In this document: positions 46,544 to 62,611 of the stretch, one piece after another
Layout: each line of letters opens with the position of its first letter
Position numbering within the stretch: the stretch's first letter is position 1
Source: the human T2T-CHM13v2.0 reference genome, Homo sapiens
Length of the DNA stretch: 64,000 nucleotides
Strand: one strand, 5' to 3'
Assembly (NCBI RefSeq): GCF_009914755.1
Contig: NC_060947.1
Made by a program: the position numbers and the translations under genes
The notes under the pieces: model-generated
Databases searched by the model: none
What the model was told of the DNA's origin: nothing
Seen by the model: the letters and a program-made list of their open reading frames with translations, nothing else

Positions 46544-49500
46544 TTATTTGTGTCAGGGCTGGCTGTGCCTGTGGGCAAATGAAATACAAAAGTTGCAGGT
46601 GCCATTCCTGCTCCTACCTACCTGAACCCCATTATAGCAGAAGTTATTTCCCTGTTACTAGGAAGCCAAGAGTATACTGTCATCAGGCCCTGATGTGACA
46701 CTAAATTTATCTGTGACTTCTAAGGCAGTCAATCCTGCCTGTCACACCTGTGTCATTTCTCAAATATAAGCCTCACATGTCATCTCTCCTCTTGCATACT
46801 CTTAGCCAATAATTTTTTTGTTCTGCTTTCCACCTCTCTTGTTCTTCCTGTCATTCCTAATCCTTTTTACAGTGTTCCCTGGAATTTCCATTCCCCTTTC
46901 CATAGCAAGCAACCCTGTCCACTCCCACTCTTCCACCATCTAGTGTTAGTTCAAATCTGGATCTCCCATGAAGCTCTACTTCCTGAAGCTCTCTTAGGCA
47001 GATGGTGTTTATTCTACTGAGTTTTGTGGTGATGGTCATCATCATCTACCTGTTCTCTACCTAAACTTTTTTTCCTCCACATTTACATGAAGACCTCTTG
47101 GAGAACTTCTACTTTCAGGAAAATGATGTAGCTGTACTTTTACCCATTCCTCCTGCTAAGTACAAATAAAAACTATAGAGATTATATATGAAACAAACAT
47201 GAGAAGATTCTGAAAGGTAGAAAGAAGAAAGCAAGCCAGCTGGGGACCTCAGGTCCTGATGAACAACAAGGCAATGAATTCCCTGGGTTTTCTTTTTGCC
47301 TCATACATCCCGGACTTGGACTGGCAATCTGGGAACAGCAAGAGGAGCAGACAGAAAGAAGCCCCAACAAAAGCCTGTTCTCTCTAGCCAAAGTACCAGG
47401 AAAGTGCCTAAGACAGAACATTTAGAAAATATATACCACTCCACTCCAACCAAGCACCACAGAAAGAACCGTGGCCTCACCCCAAGGGACATCAGCAAAC
47501 CCTGAGTGAATATTCTTGACTTCCACCATTGCATGGCTGTAATGAGGCCCTCCTCTCATCAGAGTGATGTCAGAAGAAGCTGAGTATGGAGTCATGGCTT
47601 TCATCCCTACTGGATGATAACAAACACACTCCCCTTGTGGGAAGCCCGTTCTCCTATCTTTATCTGGCAGTAACAAGGCACCCTTCCCTACTGGGATGAT
47701 GTCAGGGGAGGCTCAGTGGAGAGTCAGGACTTTTGCCACCAGTCAGCAATAATGAGGCAACCACCCCAGAGCTGTCATTGTCCAGAGCGTCAATGGAGGC
47801 TACATAGGGAGTTTAATGACATCTCAGATGACAACAGAGCTTGCCTGAGGGACTTGAACTTCTGTGCTCACTTGGCAGGGACAAGGTGGCACTTCTACTT
47901 CCCTTGCCAGAGCAGCGTCAGCAGAAACCAGCTAAAGCAAAAGGTTTAAATAAGATCCAGAGTATCATAATATAAGTGTCCAGGTTTCAATAAAACAATC
48001 ATGTGTCATGCAAAGAACCAGAAAATTCTCAATTTGAATGAAAAAGACAATCAATGGATGCCAACACTGAGATGGCAGAGATGTTAGGATTCTATTATAC
48101 ACATTTAAAAGCAGTCATAATAAAGATCCTTTAATGAGCAATTGCAAGCATGATTGAAACCAATAAAAAAGTTGAAAATCTCAGCAAAGAAAGAGAAGAA
48201 ATAAAGAAGAACCAAAGGGAAATTATAGAGCTGAAAATACAAGAATCAAAATAATAAACTCAATGGATGGGCTCAATAGCAGAATGGAGAGGCTAGTGAA
48301 CAGAATCAGTGAATTTGAAGAAAGAACTATAAAAATTACCTAATCTGAACAAAAGAGAAAAAGAGACTGAAAAAAATAAACAGAGTTGTAATGAAAGATC
48401 TAACATCTGGGCACGGAAGTCCTGGAAGGAGAGGAGAAAGAGGATGGCACTAAAAAAGTGCTCAAAGAAATAATGGTTGAAAACTTCCCAAATTTGGTAA
48501 AATAAGTTAATATACAGTTTCCAGAAAGTAAGCAAACCCCCAAACAAGATAAACCCAAAGAAATCCACACCAAGTCACATAATAGTCACACTTCTGAAAA
48601 TTAAAGCCAAAGATGAATCTTGCAGTAAAAGAGAAACAACACATTACCTATTAAGGAAAAACAATTCACATGACAGCAGATTTCTCATCAGAAACCACTG
48701 AGGCCAGAAGAAAATGGCACAACATTTTTCAGGTGCTCAAAGAAAAGAACTGTCAGTTTAGAATTCTACATCCAGTGAACATATCCATGACGAATGAAGA
48801 AGAAATCAAGACAATCTCAGGTGAAGAAAAGTAAGAGAATCTATTGCCAGCAGGCCCTACCCTAAAAGAATGGGTAAAGGAAGCTCTCTAAACAGAAAGG
48901 AAACGATAAAAGAAGGAATCTTAGAACACTAGGAAGAAAGAACAACAGGATGAATAAAAATATGGGTAAATACATTTTCCTTCTCTTCAGTCTTCTAAAG
49001 TATGTTTGATGTTTGAAGCAAAAGTTGTAACACTGTCTGATGTGTTTCTAAATGTATGCAGAAAAAAATATTTAAGATAATTATATTACAAAACAACAAA
49101 GGGCGAAGACACATAAAGAGAGGTAAGGTTTCTATACTTCTAACCCAAACTGGTAAAATGTATAGTAAACTGTGATAAATTATGTGTATGTACTGCAATA
49201 CCTAGAGCAACCACTAAAAAAGCTATGCAAGGAGATACCTTCAAAAATACTATAGGTAAATCAAAATTGAATTTTTTAAAATGTTCAAGTAAAAGAATGT
49301 TCATCTACAGGAAGACAGGAAAAATGAGAACAGAGAAATGATAAACAGGAACAGTGTAAAACAAAATTATAAATGGAAGACATAGCTTTAACACATCAAT
49401 AACTACATTAAATGTAACTGGTCTAAATGTATGAATTAACACAAAGAAATTGGCTTAGTGCATTAAAAACTCAACACAACTATATGGTGTCTACAAAAAA

Positions 49501-50455
49501 CTAACTTCAAATATAATGATATAGGTAGGTTGAAAGTAAAAGGATGGAAAAAGATGTATCATGTGAACATTAGTCAAAAAAAAAGCAGGAGTGGCTATAT
49601 TAATACTAGATAAAGTAGATTTCAGTGCAAAGAAAATTGCCAAAGACAGAGGGGGACATTACGTAATGATAAAAAGGTCAACCCTCCATAGCAATCTTAA
49701 ATGTCTGTACATCAAATGACAAAGCTGCAAACTATGTGAAGCAAAACAACAACACCAAAAAAAAATCCAATATAACTAAAAGGAGAAATAGACAAATCCA
49801 TAATCATATCTAGAAACTATGGTACCCCTCTCTCAATAGTTGATATAATGTATAGACAGGAAATTGAGCAAAGATATACAAGAACCCAACACAACCAACA
49901 ATCAATAGGGTTTAATAGACTTTTATAGAATACGTCACCCAACAACAGACAAATACATATTATTTTCAAGTGTCCAGGGATCATATACCAAGACAGACGA
50001 TGCCCTGACCATAAAACAAAACTTAACTCATTTTAAAGAATTGAAATAATACACTGTATGTTCTCTAAGCCCAAAGGCCTCAAACTAGAAATCAATAACT
50101 GAAAAAAAACAGGCAAGTATCCAAACAATTGCAATTGAAAGTAACACACTTCTAAATCATTCATGTGTCAAAGAGAAAATCTCAAGAAAAATTTTAAAAA
50201 TCAAATTGATCAAGATTGAAAATGTACAAATCAAAACATATGAGACTCAGCTAAAGCAGAGAGGGAAATTTATGACATTAATTGTTTACATTAGAAGAGA
50301 AAAAGTTCCATATCAATAATATAAGCAGATCAAGAGCCTAGGAAAAGGAGAGGAAAATAAGCCTAAAGCAAGCAGAAAGAAGGAAATAATCAGAGCAAAA
50401 AAAAAAAAAAAAAATCAATGAAATTGACAACAACAAAAAACAATAGAGAAAATCA

Positions 50456-51019
<564 letters not shown>

Positions 51020-51692
51020 TCAAAAATATTTCAGCAAATAAATTCACCACCATATTAAAAAAAGAATTATACACCATGACAAAGTGGGACTTATTCCAAG
51101 GATGCAAGTCTGGCTCAAATTCAAAATCAATCAATGTAATCCACCATAATAACAGGCTAAAGAAGAAAACTCACAGGATCATATCAATTGATGTAGGAAA
51201 AGCATTAGAAAATTCAACACCCATTCCTGATAAAAAGAAAAATCTCTGAACTAGCAATAGAGGGAGAATTTCTTCAACTTGATAAAGAACATCTACCAAA
51301 AAACTACAACTACCACTATATTTAATGGTGAAGGACTGATTTCCCTCTAAGATCAGAAAAAAGTTTGCTCTCACCATTCTTATTCAACAAAGTGCCAAAA
51401 GTTCTAGCCAGGGTAGTAAGAAACAAAAAAGAAATATAAGGCACAGACATTGGGAAAAAAGAAGTGAAAGTGTCCCTATTTGCAGATCATATGATTGTCT
51501 ATGTGAAAAATCCTAAGAAATCTACAAAATATTCCTAGAATAAATGAGTTTAGCAAGGTGGCAGAATACAAGACAAAACATATAAAAGTCAATCACATTT
51601 CTATATACTAGCAATGGACATATGAAAACCAAAATTTAAAATATAATACCATTTACAATTGCTATAAAAGTTAAATACTATGTGTAAATCTA

Positions 51693-52100
<408 letters not shown>

Positions 52101-53884
52101 TCAACATAGAAAAGATTGCAATTCTCACCAAATTTATATACTTGCTTAACACAATTTCTATCAAAATCCCAGCAAGATTTATTTTTTAGTTATAGGCAAG
52201 ATTATCTCACAGTTTATATGGAAAGGCAAAGGAACTACAGTAGCTAAAGCAGTTTGGGGCAAGGAGAATAAAGTGGGAGGATAACTTTACCTAATATTAA
52301 TGTTACCGTAATCAGAACAGTGTGGTTTGTTGGAGATACATAGATCAATGAAACAGAATAGAGATCCTAGAAATATACCCATATAAATATGCCAAACTGA
52401 TTTCTGATAAAGGTGCAAAAACAACTCAAAAGAAGAAGGATAACCTTTTCAACAAATGGTGCTGTAGCAACTGGACCATCCATAAGCAAACAAACAAAAC
52501 AAACAAAAAGGATCTCGACCTAAACCTCGCACATTACCACATTATACAAAAAACTCAAAATGGATCATAAACTTATATACAAAATGTCAAACTACAATAC
52601 ATTTGTTTTAAAAATAGCAGAATGTCTGAGCTCTAGAGCTAGACAAGAAGTCTTAGACTTGATACCAAAAGTGTGATATGATCCATAAAAGGAAAAATGG
52701 ATAAATTGGACTTAATCTGCATAAAAGGTTTTGTTCTGTGTAAACCCTATAGAAGAAGGTAAAGACAAGCTATAGACTGAGATAAAATATTTGCAAACCA
52801 CATATCCAACAAAGAACTAGTACCTAGAATATAGAAAGAACTCAAAAGTTAACATTAAAAACCTCAAACAACCCAATTATAAAATAGACAAAAGACACGA
52901 ACAGACATTTCAACAAAGAGGATATACAGATGGCAAATACTCACAAGAAAAGATGTTCACCATCATGAACCATTTGGGAAATGCAAATTAAACCCACAAA
53001 GAGATATGCCTACACCTATCAGAATGGTAATAAAAAACAGTGACATCACCAAACACTGGCAAATGCTGACAAGGATGTAGAGAAACTGGATGGTTCATAT
53101 ACTACTGGTGGGGATGAAAAATGGCATAGCTAGTCTGGAAAATTGTTGAGTAATTATTTTTAAAAATGAGGCATGCCACTATCATATGATTCAGCAATTG
53201 TACTCCTGGGCACCCATCCCAGAAAAATGAAAACTTATGTTCATGCAAAAACCTGTTCATGAATGTCCATAGTCTCTTTATTCTTAATAGCCCCACACTG
53301 AAAACAACCCAGATGTCCTACCACAGGGGAATGGTTAAGCAGGCTATGGTGCTACTCAGCAATAAAAAGGAATGAACTATTGAGACACGAAAAAACTTGG
53401 ATGACTTTCCAGGGAATTATGCTAAGTGAAAAAAAAAAGCACCAATCCCAAAAGATTAAAAGCTGTATGATACCATTTATATAACATTTCTGAAATGACA
53501 AAATTTTAGAACTTAGAACAGAGTAGTTGTTGCCAGTGGTTAGGGATGAGGTGGAGAGGTGGAAGAGAGGTGGATGTGGTTTAAGAGGGCAATATGAGAG
53601 ATCCTTGCGGTGATGGAAATGTTCTGTATCTTGACTATATCAATGTCAATATCTTTGTTGTAATATTGCACTACAGTTTTGCAAGACATTAATTACCATT
53701 GGGGGGAAACTATTATTCTTTGTAATATTTATTAGCTGCATGTGAATCTACAATTATCTTGAATAAAAAGTTTGATTTAATACAAATCTTTTTAAATCTC
53801 CTGCTTTGAGAATCATTATCTTCTAGCTGCACCACTCACTATCTCTTTTTATCACTGTCATCCACCAGATGGAAGTCGATGATG

Positions 53885-54420
53885 ACTTGGACTAGGGAGG
53901 AAGTGATGGAAATTGTGAGAAGTGGGTGGTTTCTGGGTGTATTTTAAAGGTCAAACCAAAAGGGGTTGCTGATGAATCAAATGTGAAATAAATGGAGGGA
54001 TCCAAAAATGGCTCCAAAGTTTTTCCTGAGCCATCTGGATAATGGATTTCCTTCCTGAAATGGGGAAGACTGCAGGAGAAGCATGTTTTGGGGAAATGTT
54101 GGGAGTGTGGCTTTGGACATCCTGAGTTTGAGATTCCTAGACCTCCAAGTGGAGATGTACAATAGGCAGTGGAAAACATGAGTCTGGAGTGAAGAGGAAA
54201 GGTTACATCTGGAGAATCAAAGTGAGGAGTCATCAGCATATGGATAGTAATTGGTTATGAGTTTAGGCAAGATTGCCTAGGTAATAAGTATAGGAGAGAA
54301 GTAGCTTATGTCTGAGCTTAGGGACTCCAAAGTTTAGAGGACTGGGAATTAAGAGAAAACAGCAAAGACACTAAGAAGCAATGACCAATGATACAGAGGA
54401 AAGCAATGAGAAAGGAGGGC
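53885..54420 (-). mobile_element. L2 fragment
   Basis: 'ttctgggtgtattttaaaggtcaaacc', 'tttggacatcctgagtttgagat...ccaagtggagatgt'. Confidence 0.8.
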
Positions 54421-54639
54421 TTTGGAAATCAAGACCTAACTCTCTGACCATCCTTCTTGACCTTTTAAATGAATGAATGAATGAATAAATGGGCATCTGG
54501 TTTCATCTTCAGCCCTTCTAACCACCACGTATATGCAGATTCTCCCTAAATTATTGTCTTCAGCATTGACCTCTCCCTTAAAGTTCTAACTTATAAAATC
54601 CATTGACCATTGGACACTCTGTTGAGAGAACATAGGTAC

Positions 54640-54875
54640 CTGTTCTAGTTATTCATTAATGCATAGCAAATCACCCATAAACTTAATGGCTTCAAACTAT
54701 AACAATCATTTATTATCTCTCACAGTTTTTGTGGGTCAGGGACTCAGGAGTGACTTGGTTGGGCAGGTTTTGGCTCAGGATCTCTCAGATGGATGCAGAC
54801 GGCTGGGATTGAAGTCATGTGAAAGCACACTCACTCACATAGTCTGGCACCTAGGCAGGGAAGACTCAAACCATT
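54640..54875 (-). mobile_element. MLT1-type LTR fragment
   Basis: 'caaatcacccataaacttaatggctt...catttattatctctcacagtttttgtgggtcagg'. Confidence 0.75.
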
Positions 54876-55272
54876 GGTCCAGGTACACCTCATCAATCTT
54901 GGAGTTATACAATGCACAATGCAATGGCAGAGTATGGCATTTCAGGCATAAACAAAGTGGTATCCAATCACCCTCCAACTCTCGTGGCTGGCAAAGTCCA
55001 AGTACATACCAGAACTCAGTCGTTTAGAACCAGAACCAGATGTTGGTTTTCCAGATATGGGACAGAATCTTACTAGATAGGACTGTATTATCCTTGTGTG
55101 TCTGTCACAGGCAGTCTGTTCTTCTGGGATGCCAAAATTGTTTATCTTAATCCCCCAAATCACTGCATTCTCTCATATGCATGTAATAAGCAACATTTAC
55201 CTTGTTGACAATCCCTACAAGCCTCTCTGTGAGCTTTGTAGAAGATTGCCATTGTGGGAGCATTCTATGTGT

Positions 55273-55400
55273 CAGGGTTAGCAGATGTCTCGGTTTGTCA
55301 AGGCAGACATCCCAAGTTTTACACCTGTTATCCTACTTTTTAGTAGTACCCCTTTTACTCACCTCAAATATGTCCTGGTTAGATAATAAGTTTTATATAC
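55273..55400 (+). mobile_element. MER94-like hAT-Blackjack MITE
   Basis: 'cagggttagcagatgtctcggtttg...ccccttttactc...tgtcctggttagataataa'. Confidence 0.6.
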
Positions 55401-56271
55401 ATATATAATTTCTCTACTCCAAATGTGTTTCCTCCTTGCAATTGTATTGTTTCAGAATTAGTCTTGAAGTGCAAATTATTCTTCCAGGAAGCAATAGGCT
55501 GATGTGTCAGCAAAGGGTTCTGAAAGAGAAAAGAAGCAGTCTTTCCCTAAGTGTGGGGTAGGGGAAACGTAAGAACCCAATGTGTCCAACGTCAAAACGG
55601 AATCCACATAGACACTATATATAAAGTCATTTTCCTCATAATAGTAATAAGTAAAGCACGCAGAAGCTCTCTTAACCCTTCTCCACTTAATTGATTCACC
55701 TAATCAATCAATATTATCCACTGGAAGCAATACTGATGCCTGGGGCCTGCAGCTGCTCAGAGGTAGAGGGCTACTCTCTAAGATGCCAGGATACTTCTGT
55801 TCCTGCTGGTTGAGTTGTATATTTAGCCAAGAGTGAATTGAGTTTGTTTCCAATTCTGCTTATGCTTGTAGTTGTCACTAGAATTCTGTAATTTGAAGTG
55901 ACCCAAATTAATGAAAATGACCATAAAAGCCTGAGAGTTACTGGATAGACGTCATTAAGGCAAGTTGCTGGAGGGAAAAAAAAAAGGTGGAGGAACGGCT
56001 ATTGGTTTGGGTGTAGTAGATTCAAAAAGATTAGGTGGACATTAGAAAACTCTAGAAAGAGTCTGTACTCAGATTTCCTCACAAATATGAGAAAATTTGT
56101 GATTGTGATTGTAGGAAAGTTGTGACTACTCAACAACTTTTGAAGATCCTTTCTAGGTTTTAAGAATTTTCCTCCCCAATGTAAAAGTCAGAACTTATTC
56201 TCCCAGCATCCCTTGCACCTGGAGAGCAGGCACATGACCTAGGCTCTGCCCAATCAAGATTTAAGTTAGAA

Positions 56272-57600
56272 GTGAACAAATATGTATTGAACACTTACTT
56301 GGTGCCAAGCATCGATATAGACACTATGATGATAAAGAAGCTTACATTCCAGTTGGAGTAGACAATAACCAAATATAAATTATTATATATTAGGTGATGA
56401 TAAGAACTATAAAGAAAAATGAAGTAGGTTAAAGTGATAGAGAATGATGAGGGATGGTCAGTAAACGCCTCTCTGATAAAGTAACATTTGAGCAGAGACC
56501 TGGATAAGGTGATGGAGTAAGTCATATTGGATATCTAGGCAAGCATGTTCTAAACAGAGGAAAAGGCAAGAGCAAAGGCCCCAGGGCAGGAGCATACCTG
56601 AAGTGTTCGAAGAACAGCAAAAAGGATAGTGGGTCAAGTGGAATAAGCAATAAGGACAGTGGTAGGAGATGAGTGAAGGGAGGAAGGAGATGGGTAGGTC
56701 ATTCATTCACATAGGGCCTGATAGAAGAATAGGAATTACTTCAAATTACTGTATCAAGTTATCTGGGAAGCCACTCTCTAGTTTTGAACAGGATAACATG
56801 TTCTGTTCTACATTTAAAAAGTTCACCCTGGCTGTTGTGTAAGAATAATCTATGGGGGACAAGAGTAGCAAAGTTGAGGGCTCATTTAGGTGAATGCTAC
56901 AATCCCAGCCAGAGATTATGGTGGCTTGGACTACTGTGGCAGCAACAGATATGACAGAGGTTGGACTGGGGATGTATTTTGAAAGTAGAGCCAATAGCAT
57001 CTGTTACTGGATAGGATGCAGAGTATGCAAGAAAAAAAAAGAGTCAACCAATGCCACCATGATTTTTTGTCTGAACAACTGGAAGGGTGCAGTTGCCATT
57101 TAACGGAGAGGGAGAAGTCTGCAGGGGAGAAGGTTTGTGGGAGATATCAGTAGCTCTAGTTTATACATTAAGTTTGAGATGCATATCAGACCTCCAAGAG
57201 AAGATGTTTGGTGGGCAGGTGGATATACAAGAATGGAGTTTAGAAGAGCTTTGAACTAGAAATACGTATTTGGGAAGCATTGCTGTATAGGTGGTGTTTT
57301 TAGCCATGAGCCTGGAAAAAATTACTTAGGGAGTGACAGGGAGTGAGATATGTGAAGACTAAGTCTGGGGGCACTCCAAAGCTTACAGACTGGGAAGATA
57401 AGAAAGTGCAGTAAAGGATAGTAAGGAGGCGAAGCCAGTAAATAAAAAGACAAACTAAGGGGATAATGCCTCAGAGACCGAATAGTTTTAAATAAGAAAC
57501 ACTATTGCTGGTGAACCAAGTAAGATGAGGACTAAGAATGACCATAGGCTTTGGCAACATGGACGCCATTAACATTGTTGATAAGAGCAGTTTCAGTGGT
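56272..57600 (-). mobile_element. L2 (L2a-like) ~1.3-kb block
   Basis: 'aacaaatatgtattgaacacttact', 'catttgagcagagacctg', 'tattttgaaagtagagcc', 'agtaagatgaggactaagaa'. Confidence 0.88.
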
Positions 57601-57879
57601 TTACTTTTGACGGAAGCGTGTTCCCATTTGGGGACTTGTGAGGGCTATCAGGCCAGTTCAACCGTCCCACATCCCAGTTAGGTGGGTCTATTTGTTGAAG
57701 CTTTTACCCCAAGCTGAACAACAGTTGTCAAGTTTGGCTCCAGCAGCCTGGTTGTCAACTGGCCAGGAAGGACTTCCAACCCAGTTGACCCTCTGAGACT
57801 GAGTAAGCTGAGTAAACTCAGTGCTCCCTGAGGAGCCCATGAATTATCCCAGATATTGGGAAACACCCCATTAGCTCAC

Positions 57880-58280
57880 CCTCATCAACCATTTCACACT
57901 TTCCCCCGTTTCTTCAAACCACAAACACTTCTCCCCCTTCCTCACTCTCACAGGAAGACCTTGTTTCTTATTCCACTAGAAAACTAGAAGCAGTCAGAGA
58001 GAAATCCCTCAGCTTCCCACCACCACATCCACCAACCTACCTGCAACTGTGCCTTCCCCTCTTCTACTATGGATGGACCGTCCATTCCTAGCTTAGGCCA
58101 ACCCCTCACTTGTGCCCTGGATCCCATCCTTCCTTGCAAACCTGGCTACCCAGTACAAAAGAAAAATCTAGACACCTTACTCAAAATGTATCAAGAATTT
58201 TGAGACATCAACATCAGAGCACTAAAGCAAGCACGGGACCCTTCTGAACACGAGTCACATATCCATAAAACTAGTCCTGT
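57880..58280 (+). mobile_element. L2 fragment followed by MER45-like hAT element (~58140-58280)
   Basis: 'aggccaacccctcacttgtgccctggatcccatcc' (L2); 'cagagcactaaagcaagcacgggacccttctgaac' (MER45-like). Confidence 0.65.
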
Positions 58281-61200
58281 CTATGGCTGGGTTTCTTGCT
58301 CTCCTGTTTCTTGAAGACAGGTCCCAGCCTGGACCCAACAAAGGATGCCTGGTTTTTGGGGTAGCCTCTCCCTCAGAGGGCAACCTAGCCTTACTCAGGC
58401 CTCTGTGGCTACTAGCAGTGTAAGTGGGTTTCTCCCTAAGGTAACTTAAGGAAGAATCTTAAGGAAGTCATTGTCCTCTAGCGAGAAAAGAACCCCAGGA
58501 AGTCAAGGCTAAGTGGCCGCCTGGGAGCTGCTTCCACCTGGAGACTTGAGACACTGCCTAGTAACCACAGACACAGAATGAAATGGAGGTTCGTTTTCCC
58601 CCCTTGAAGGCCTCAGAACAATCCAAGAAGTAGCTAAGGAGACACCAAAGGACCCCAAGAACGTGTCTGTTGGTCCACCTCTCTTACCCTCCATGCAGAC
58701 AGTACTTTAGTGCATCTCCCTGTCTTCTCCCTGGGGTCACTGTCCCGGTTCTGAGACAGTGGGGTGGTGTCCTCTGCTGAGCTATCTGGGTTCTTCTCTC
58801 TTGCCTCCCGCTCCCAGAGGTTCTAGTTTCTATTGGCTGCTCAGCTGCCCTATCTTCAATTTCTTCCTCTCCGAGGGGAGCTTGTACTCGTGGGCTAGAA
58901 TTTGCTGCAGTTACAGCTGGGCAGTCTCAGAATAGCCTGGGCCCCCTGATCAACTCCCTGCTTCCCATCACCATGGAAGCCTCCTTCCTGCTTGGGGTCT
59001 GGCAAAACCAGCCTGGGGGTCTCTGGGTCACCTCTTTGAGGACCAGGTGCTGGTGGCAGGTGACACCCTGGCTCCAACCTCCCATTTAAAGGAAGCAGAG
59101 GACTCTTACTGCCCAAATTGGGGATGGGGGGAATCTTTGCAGCTTAGGGTGAGGGGTATATGTGGCTGTGTTCACCCTGGACTGGTAGATACTTAATATT
59201 CTGGCCATCCCCTCCCTCTGCTTGGGAGACACCATGACCAAGGAGACTTCCTGAGCCAACCAACTATCCTCAAACCCCATCTTCACTCCAACAGAAGTGG
59301 CCCCAGGAGGGAAGATGGCGTGCCCACAAACAGAGGTATCTCTCATCCCCTGACTGGCCTGCACCCTGCCCTTCCTGCCTCTGCGTGTGATGGTGAGTCT
59401 GCTTCTCTCCTGTTGCCCAGTCTCACCTCCCTCGCCTTCTTGACTCTGTGGTGATTGATTTTCATTTTCCGGTGGTTTATTTTGAATGTCTTATCCCTAC
59501 ACATTTGCTGCTTCTCCTGGGAAAACATCTTTAGCTCCCTCTGGCTGTGGCATTTCTCTTCCCACTGGGGTCCTCCGTGGTGGTCAGGATATTTTCAGTG
59601 GGGTAAAAGGCAGGCCCTTCATGGCAGCTTGACTGACCAGGGCCCGAGGGTGACTACTGGGGACACCCATCAAGGTCAGCCCCAAGCTGTAGCCCAACTG
59701 AGCCAGGTAGAGTCTGGGGCTCAGAGGCTTCCTCCTAAGGCAGGCTTCCACAGGGTCTGGCCCTCTATCCTGCCGTGTCCTGGCACTTTTGATGAAGGAT
59801 AGTGAGTTGCTCCTGGTGACAGGCATGCATTCCATGGTGGTGGAGAGCTATGTGGGGACAGAGTGAAAGAAGAGGGGCCAAGATGTATTCACTGAAGTGA
59901 AGACAGAGTGGACCAAGTGGAAGGTGCTGTGTTTCCTCTCACTGGGCCCCAGCACTCAGACATCAAAATGGAAGGAGTCCTTATAGGTGTAGGGAACGGG
60001 GAGGTCAATACTACTCTGCTCGGACAAGATGGTTTTGCAGGGCCATATGCTGTCTAGATGTGGGTTGCCAACTGAGCCTGGAGGTGCAATCCTCCGGCTA
60101 TTTCTTCTCTAGCTCCAGGCTAGCCACATGCTCACCCTCCTCAACTCTGGCACCTTCAGGTCTCAGCCCTGAGCTCACTCTCCCTCAGACTCAGTGCTGT
60201 GCTCAGGCAACTGTGCAGGGCCTGGAGGGGACCAGAAGCTGGTCCCAGAGTGGGACAAGTAGCCTGAGTCCATGGTCTCACACTTCCTTAGCCTGCCCTC
60301 AGAGGCCTTGGTGTCCCAGGACTCCTTCAAGGAAGCCGCCTACTGCCACTGCAGCAGCCAAGGCTTGCTGGCAGCTGGACTTCTACTCTGACACCTTACA
60401 CCAGGAGGAACTGAGGGGAAGCCATATTTAGAGTTCAAAGGGGCTTCCCCTTTGGCAGTTTCTAAATGTGGACTTAGGGAACAACTTCTGACTTCATGTC
60501 TAGGCTCTTGGCAGCAAGGGACAAATGTGGAAAGACTTTGGACACTGCCCTGCACCCTCGGTGCCTGGAGAAGGAGGTCTCTCTGATGTCCCATCACCTT
60601 CCCTCTGGCTCTGGCTTTCCCCTGCCCTCTGTTCTGAGGGTCTCTCCAACCTTGTCTCCTCCCCAAAAGGCTGCCTCTCTTCCACCAGATTTGGAGGATA
60701 GCCATCTGTTGTTGAGGTGTGTCTGGGTCTGTCTATGCTTCTGTAAGTGACTCTGGGGCCTGAAGACGATGCCATGGGTGGCAGACAGGCAGGGCATCTT
60801 CTTGTGAGGGACTGCATGTGCTTCTCCAAAATGCTGAGCTTCAGAAAGTCCTGACCACAGTGTGGGTTCAGTTAGTTCCTGGAAATGCTCATCTTCCTGG
60901 GATTTCCCAGGCATTACACCAAGTACAAGGAGCCTGGGGCCCTGGAAGCCTGCACAGGATGCAGGCCCGTGAAGCTGGTCCCACTCACTCATCTGCTCAA
61001 GGAATTACCCCAGCAATTCTCTCCTATGTCAGTAATTTCCCCCTCTGTGCCGGAGAAAGCTGGGCCAGCTTACAAACGTGCTATACTATCTTCATGACTT
61101 AAACACACACACATGCCTCCTTCAACTCTGCATCCAATGCCAGTCATTGCTATAATTTTCCACTTCCTTTCACACCCGAAGTGCTGGAATGAGTTGTCTC

Positions 61201-62229
61201 TACTTGCCATCTTCACTTGCTCTCCTGTTTCTTGAACCCACTCCAATAGGGTTGTGTTCATCATGCCATTGAAGCTGCAGTCAGCATCACCTCTGGATTC
61301 TCTGCTCACCTTTTTCTTCTCTTCCTTGCAGACAGGGCTAGCTTGAGCAGCCTGCTGAGTGTCTCTGTGGGGTCATTTCATGTGGCTGCCTCCACTGGTG
61401 TTGCCATCTCTTTCCAAGGTTGAGAATGGAACTTGACACAATCTCTACAGGAGATTGTTATTGCAGGTCACCTCAGCCCCAGCAAAGATTCAAGGGAAGA
61501 ATCAAGCTGCCTTTGCTTAGAGTGGCTGATTTGTTTTCCTGTTGCCCTTTTACTCCCCGTCAAAGAGAATACCAGTGCAGATTCTGCATAATAACATTAC
61601 TGAGGATGCTCTATCTAACTCTAAGTTCAGAACATTCCCAAGTTATCATTGCTGCAAGATGTTTATTTAGACACAGTAGTTCGAGCTCCATATCTTTCTA
61701 TTGCTTTTTTTCTACTTTAAACATGCCTCCAAAATTCAAATGAGGGCCAAGAGAATGTTATTGTTCATTGTGAAACACCTGGCTTTTGGGATACTTAATA
61801 GCTGTCCTCTAATCATGCCTCTAGTTAATGCATTTAAGAACTAGATATATGTTTTCTTCTTTAGGATTTTTCATTTTGAGATCACATTATCATCTTTTTC
61901 TTAAGAAAGAAGCTGGTTGGCAAACTTGCTACATCTCAGCAGCAGATCTCACTTTCAGGAAGCCCAGAGTGAAAGCCCATTGGATTTGAAATTTTCTGGC
62001 GCCTCAGCCATATGTAGTGAGTCACAGCTCTGCTCACACTATACTTTCATGTGAAAAAAAGAAGAAAACAAGAAACTATTCAATTTATATGCCTGTATTT
62101 GACCTAATCGTCATATTCCCTCCTGCTAAGTAACAGAAAAGTTCAGCTTTTTAGTTGATTATGTGTTTAACTCTCCCAGTTTTAAAACTTCCCTTTCAGT
62201 TTACAAAAGAAGCTCCTTTTTGCACTAAT

Positions 62230-62579
62230 TTCTCTCACATATATAAAGAACTTTTAAAGATCAAGAAGAAAAAGACCAAGCCTGAGCAACATGGTGAAAT
62301 CCCATTTCTACAAAAAGTATAACTATTAGCTGGGTGTGGTGGCACACACCTGTAGTCCCAGTTACTCTCAAGAGGCTGAAGTGGGAATATCGCTTGGACC
62401 CAGGAGGTCGAGGCTGCAGTGAGCTGTGATTGCACCACTGCACTCCAGCCTGGGTGACAGAGTGGGAGGCTGTCTCAAAAAGAAGAAGAAGAAAAGAAGA
62501 GGGAGAAGAAGAAGAGGAAGAGGAAGAGGAAGAAGAAGAAGAAGAAGAGGAAGAGGAAGAAGAAGAAGAAGAGGAAGAG

Positions 62580-62611
<32 letters not shown>

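Noticed and set aside
55096-55281. KPLCELCRRLP faintly resembles the start of an MDM2/MDM4-type RING
   Set aside because: Similarity is a few residues only and no other part of such a protein is visible; it would need TBLASTN support.
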